Shown here: piece after piece, positions 7,718 to 10,285 of the stretch
Layout: each line of letters opens with the position of its first letter
How positions within the stretch are numbered: the first letter of the stretch is position 1
Source of the DNA: Methanocellales archaeon
GTDB taxonomy: Archaea; Halobacteriota; JAWCLZ01
Assembly (NCBI GenBank): GCA_038850285.1
Contig: JAWCMA010000035.1
Coordinates: forward strand, 1-10,285
Length of the DNA: 10,285 bases
Direction of reading: 5' to 3'
The notes under the pieces: generated by a model
The model's database searches: none
The model's input: the letters and a program-made list of their open reading frames with translations, nothing else
Told to the model about the DNA's origin: nothing
Translations under genes and position numbers: made by a program

Positions 7718-7990
7718 ATGCTGGAATGCATTGGATGTGGAAATTGTGTCGTGGTATGCCCCGTCAGTGCAAGGAGAGACTATTTAGTAGCAGGTGGATC
7801 TGGACCGAGGACTTCAGAAGTCACGCTTGCTGTTGAAAATGGATTCGCACGATGGAAGCGCTTTAAGCTATGCGAAGGATGCAGAACCTGCTATGAAGTC
7901 TGTCCAACCGGGGCCATAAGAGATAAAATTGCATTCCGAACTAGAATGCGCGCAGCTTGGAATCGCGCTCGAAAAAGATATTTTGATTAA
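7718..7990 (+). CDS. 2x[4Fe-4S] ferredoxin, FwdG-like
   Basis: Two motifs, CIGCGNCVVVCP and CEGCRTCYEVCP. The linker VAGGSGP...LAVENG resembles the VAGGKGP...MRVEDG insert remembered from methanogen FwdG. Confidence 0.9.
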   Translation: MLECIGCGNCVVVCPVSARRDYLVAGGSGPRTSEVTLAVENGFARWKRFKLCEGCRTCYEVCPTGAIRDKIAFRTRMRAAWNRARKRYFD

Positions 7991-8002
7991 GGAGGGTTTA
8001 AA

Positions 8003-9592
8003 TTGCCGGAAAGCTATCCAAATGCAAGATCTACAACTGGAACCGATTTAAGAACTTGGGACCCAAGTCCATTGAGTGGAATGTGTCCAATTTGCATCAA
8101 GGATTGCAATGTGCTATGCGAAATAGGGAAATCAGCAATTCGCGGGAGGGAAGTGCTCTACCCCGTGCCAGAGCAATTTGGAAAGAGCACAGCCGCCTCT
8201 AATAAGGACTATGTACTTGACTGGTCGCATTTTCAAATTCAAACTGGACTCTGGGGGGCAGCTGGAATTGCAGCTAATTCAGATGTAGCATTATTTCCAA
8301 ATGTAGATATTGAAACTATAACTGGTGGAGTAAAGCTAAAAGTGCCAGTGCTTATAGCAGGATTAGGATCCACTGCTGTGGCAAAGAATAACTGGGATGG
8401 CTTGGCCCAGGGCGCAGCGATAAGCGGCACGATCCTAACAGTTGGGGAAAATGTTTGCGGAATGGATATGGAAGCCAAGTTTACCAATGGAAAGGTGATC
8501 TATTCCAAGGATTTAAAATATCGAATCGAAGCCTATCGCGAATTCTGGGATAGCAAATATGGAGATGTTGCAGTGCAAACTAACGTAGAAGATCAAAGAC
8601 TAGGCGTAGATGTATATGCCATTTCCAAGCTCGAGGTGAACATCATCGAGCGCAAGTGGGGACAGGGAGCTAAAGCCATAGGTGGTGAAGTAAGGATATT
8701 TGATTTAGAAAAAGCCATAGAATTAAAACGCAGAGGATACATTGTACTCCCAGATCCCGAAGATCAAGCGATTCAAGAGGCATTTAAAAATAAAGTTTTC
8801 ACCTCATTCGAGCGGCATAGCAGAGTGGGAATGCCAACCGAGAAAGGCTTTCTTGAGGATATCGAATGGCTTCGCGATCAAGGAGCGAAAAAAGTATTTC
8901 TAAAGACAGGGGCTTACAAGCCAGCGGCTGTAGCTTGGACAATGAAGCTAGCTAGCGAGGCAAAGATAGACCAAGTTACCTTCGATGGCGCCGGAGGTGG
9001 CACTGGAATGAGCCCGGTGCCAATGATGCAGGAATGCAGCACGCCCACGGTATTCCTAGAGGCACAGGTTTTAAGGTGCTGTGAAATTCTACGCAAAAAA
9101 GGCCGCTATATTCCAGATATAGTCATGGCAGGGGGCTTTGTTAACGAAACCCAGATTTTCAAGGCAATTGCTCTAAGTAACTTTGGAAGAGCGCCATATG
9201 TAAAAGCAATTGCAACAGCTAGATCGCCCATAACCGCGGTTATGAAGGCAACGCATTTAGTGGAGCAAGCAAGAGAAGGCACATTACCAGCTGAATTTGA
9301 GGAGAACTATGGCTCCAGCCCGGATCAATTCTTCTTGTGCTCCACAGAGTTAAGGAATAAATATGGCAAGCGCTATGAAAAACTGCATCCAGGAGCAATT
9401 GGATTATACAGCTACTTTGTAGATAGAATTGGCACTGGTTTGAAGCAGCTTATGGCAGGCTGCAGAAAGTTCAAGCTAGAGTTGCTTGACCGAAGTGATC
9501 TTGCCTCGCTTACGGAACGCGCAGCTCGTGTTACCGGAATTCCTCTGATAGAATATGTGGAGCAGGAGGAAATGGAGGAAATTCTAAGCTGA
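8003..9592 (+). CDS. FMN-binding glutamate synthase family protein (stand-alone ~530-aa type known from methanogens and other anaerobes)
   Basis: N-terminal CPICIKDCNVLCEIG and motifs GLGST, VGENVCGMD, TNVEDQRLGV, KWGQGAKAIGGEV, FERHSRVG, LKTGAY, DGAGGGTGMSP and MAGG. RBS GGAGGG precedes a TTG start, 12 nt after the ferredoxin stop. Confidence 0.92.
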   Translation: MPESYPNARSTTGTDLRTWDPSPLSGMCPICIKDCNVLCEIGKSAIRGREVLYPVPEQFGKSTAASNKDYVLDWSHFQIQTGLWGAAGIAANSDVALFPNVDIETITGGVKLKVPVLIAGLGSTAVAKNNWDGLAQGAAISGTILTVGENVCGMDMEAKFTNGKVIYSKDLKYRIEAYREFWDSKYGDVAVQTNVEDQRLGVDVYAISKLEVNIIERKWGQGAKAIGGEVRIFDLEKAIELKRRGYIVLPDPEDQAIQEAFKNKVFTSFERHSRVGMPTEKGFLEDIEWLRDQGAKKVFLKTGAYKPAAVAWTMKLASEAKIDQVTFDGAGGGTGMSPVPMMQECSTPTVFLEAQVLRCCEILRKKGRYIPDIVMAGGFVNETQIFKAIALSNFGRAPYVKAIATARSPITAVMKATHLVEQAREGTLPAEFEENYGSSPDQFFLCSTELRNKYGKRYEKLHPGAIGLYSYFVDRIGTGLKQLMAGCRKFKLELLDRSDLASLTERAARVTGIPLIEYVEQEEMEEILS

Positions 9593-9595
9593 CCA

Positions 9596-9605
9596 TTTTT
9601 TAATT
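9596..9605 (+). terminator. Possible oligo-T (archaeal-type) terminator
   Basis: T6 run (9596-9601) begins 3 nt after the glutamate synthase stop codon. Confidence 0.35.
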
Positions 9606-9622
9606 TCAGAATATATATAACC

Positions 9623-9853
9623 GCTCTAAATGAAAGTGCTTTCAAGTAGAGCAATATTCTATCGCACGATCTCGATAGCTTCCCACTCGCAATACTCTAA
9701 CAAACCAAGTGCTCAATTTCCATCTCTAATTTGACATTTCTCCGAGTTTTAGCTGCGCAATTGAGTGCTGATTAGCAGAAACATTATTGCAGCCAAAGCG
9801 AAGAAGTAGATTTCTCCCAGATTCAACTTAACCCCCTATCTTCTTCGCTTTTT
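9623..9853 (+). ncRNA. Candidate structured RNA, antisense to the small ORF at 9749..9826
   Basis: TATATATAA at 9612-9620 is followed by stems 9623-9652, 9659-9678, 9708-9718/9759-9769 (tandem G-U that pairs only on +) and 9795-9806/9840-9851, ending in a T5 run. No known RNA family was recognised. Confidence 0.3.
9749..9826 (-). CDS. Small hydrophobic single-TM peptide, 25 aa (MNLGEIYFFALAAIMFLLISTQLRS)
   Basis: RBS-like AGGGGG lies 5 nt before a TTG start, the same style as the glutamate synthase start (GGAGGG-N6-TTG). It has an uninterrupted hydrophobic core and is shorter than any ORF in the supplied track. Confidence 0.45.
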   Translation of the reverse strand: MNLGEIYFFALAAIMFLLISTQLRS

Positions 9854-10052
9854 GACTATTTAAAATATGCAGTACATAATGCATTATGATTCATCATTGT
9901 GTGCTATATTCATATATTGTTATTTGCGTTTGCACAATTTATGTAGTGGATTTTTTCTTCAATTTAATTAGATCTTCCTTTGTTAATACGGTTTGTGCAT
10001 ATATCACATCGATCAATTTGCTCCACCAATATATTCCATATTCAAAACGGCT

Positions 10053-10250
10053 ATTTATATTTTATTATATGTTTTTTTTAAAAAAGAATTCATTTTTTGG
10101 ATTATATAATAAATATAAATTAATTTATGAAATTTTTTTGTAATTTAAATCTTAAAAATAGTAAAAAATTATAAATTAAATGTAAATTATTTTATTATTA
10201 TGATTGATTATCAGCAATGATAATTGCCATTTTTTTAATTTTGAATTTTG
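10053..10250. other. Extremely AT-rich non-coding tract
   Basis: A hand count gives 10 G+C in the 140 nt of 10061-10200 (about 7%), far below the flanking genes. Confidence 0.85.
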
Positions 10251-10285
10251 AAGGAGCATTTTTGAACTAACTATGTGCTCAATAA

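Noticed and set aside
379-9654. Short overlapping ORFs (379..579, 1225..1647, 1715..1939, 2012..2194, 2073..2285, 3581..3766, 3685..3918, 3885..4085, 4006..4215, 5795..5983, 6743..6946, 8239..8487, 8914..9096, 9412..9654)
   Set aside because: They are antisense shadows of well-supported genes and show no motifs.
9931-9999. TGCACAA/TTGTGCA inverted repeat and small palindromes near 9867-9900
   Set aside because: The arms are short enough to be expected by chance.
9886-10143. 85-aa ORF
   Set aside because: Its F/Y/I/N-rich composition simply reflects AT-rich DNA, and it has no RBS or motif.
10252-10285. First CRISPR repeat, or a gene start at ATG 10273
   Set aside because: It is a single truncated copy, and the AAGGAG is about 16 nt from the ATG. 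It cannot be supported within this window.

Overview
This window looks like core metabolism from an anaerobic prokaryote, probably an archaeon. That assignment is inferred from TATA-like boxes, GAGGT/AGGTG-type RBSs, an FwdG-like ferredoxin, a stand-alone methanogen-type glutamate synthase and an archaeal-type AhcY. Gene order: (1) a 5'-truncated CDS fusing a 2x[4Fe-4S] ferredoxin domain to a DUF3422-like membrane protein, where the supplied ORF track starts inside the ferredoxin and hides the fusion; (2) a COG2509-type FAD-dependent oxidoreductase split by one frameshift near 1889; (3) a GNAT acetyltransferase (-); (4) ahcY followed by an APH-fold phosphotransferase; (5) glnA (-), divergent from an FwdG-like ferredoxin plus FMN-binding glutamate synthase operon. 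The 656-bp glnA/ferredoxin spacer holds promoter- and operator-like repeats, a long hairpin and scrambled gene scraps. After the glutamate synthase is an unannotated 25-aa hydrophobic minus-strand ORF overlapped by four + strand hairpins, resembling a type I toxin/antisense-RNA locus. A very AT-rich tract follows. All family assignments come from motif recognition by eye, not database searches.
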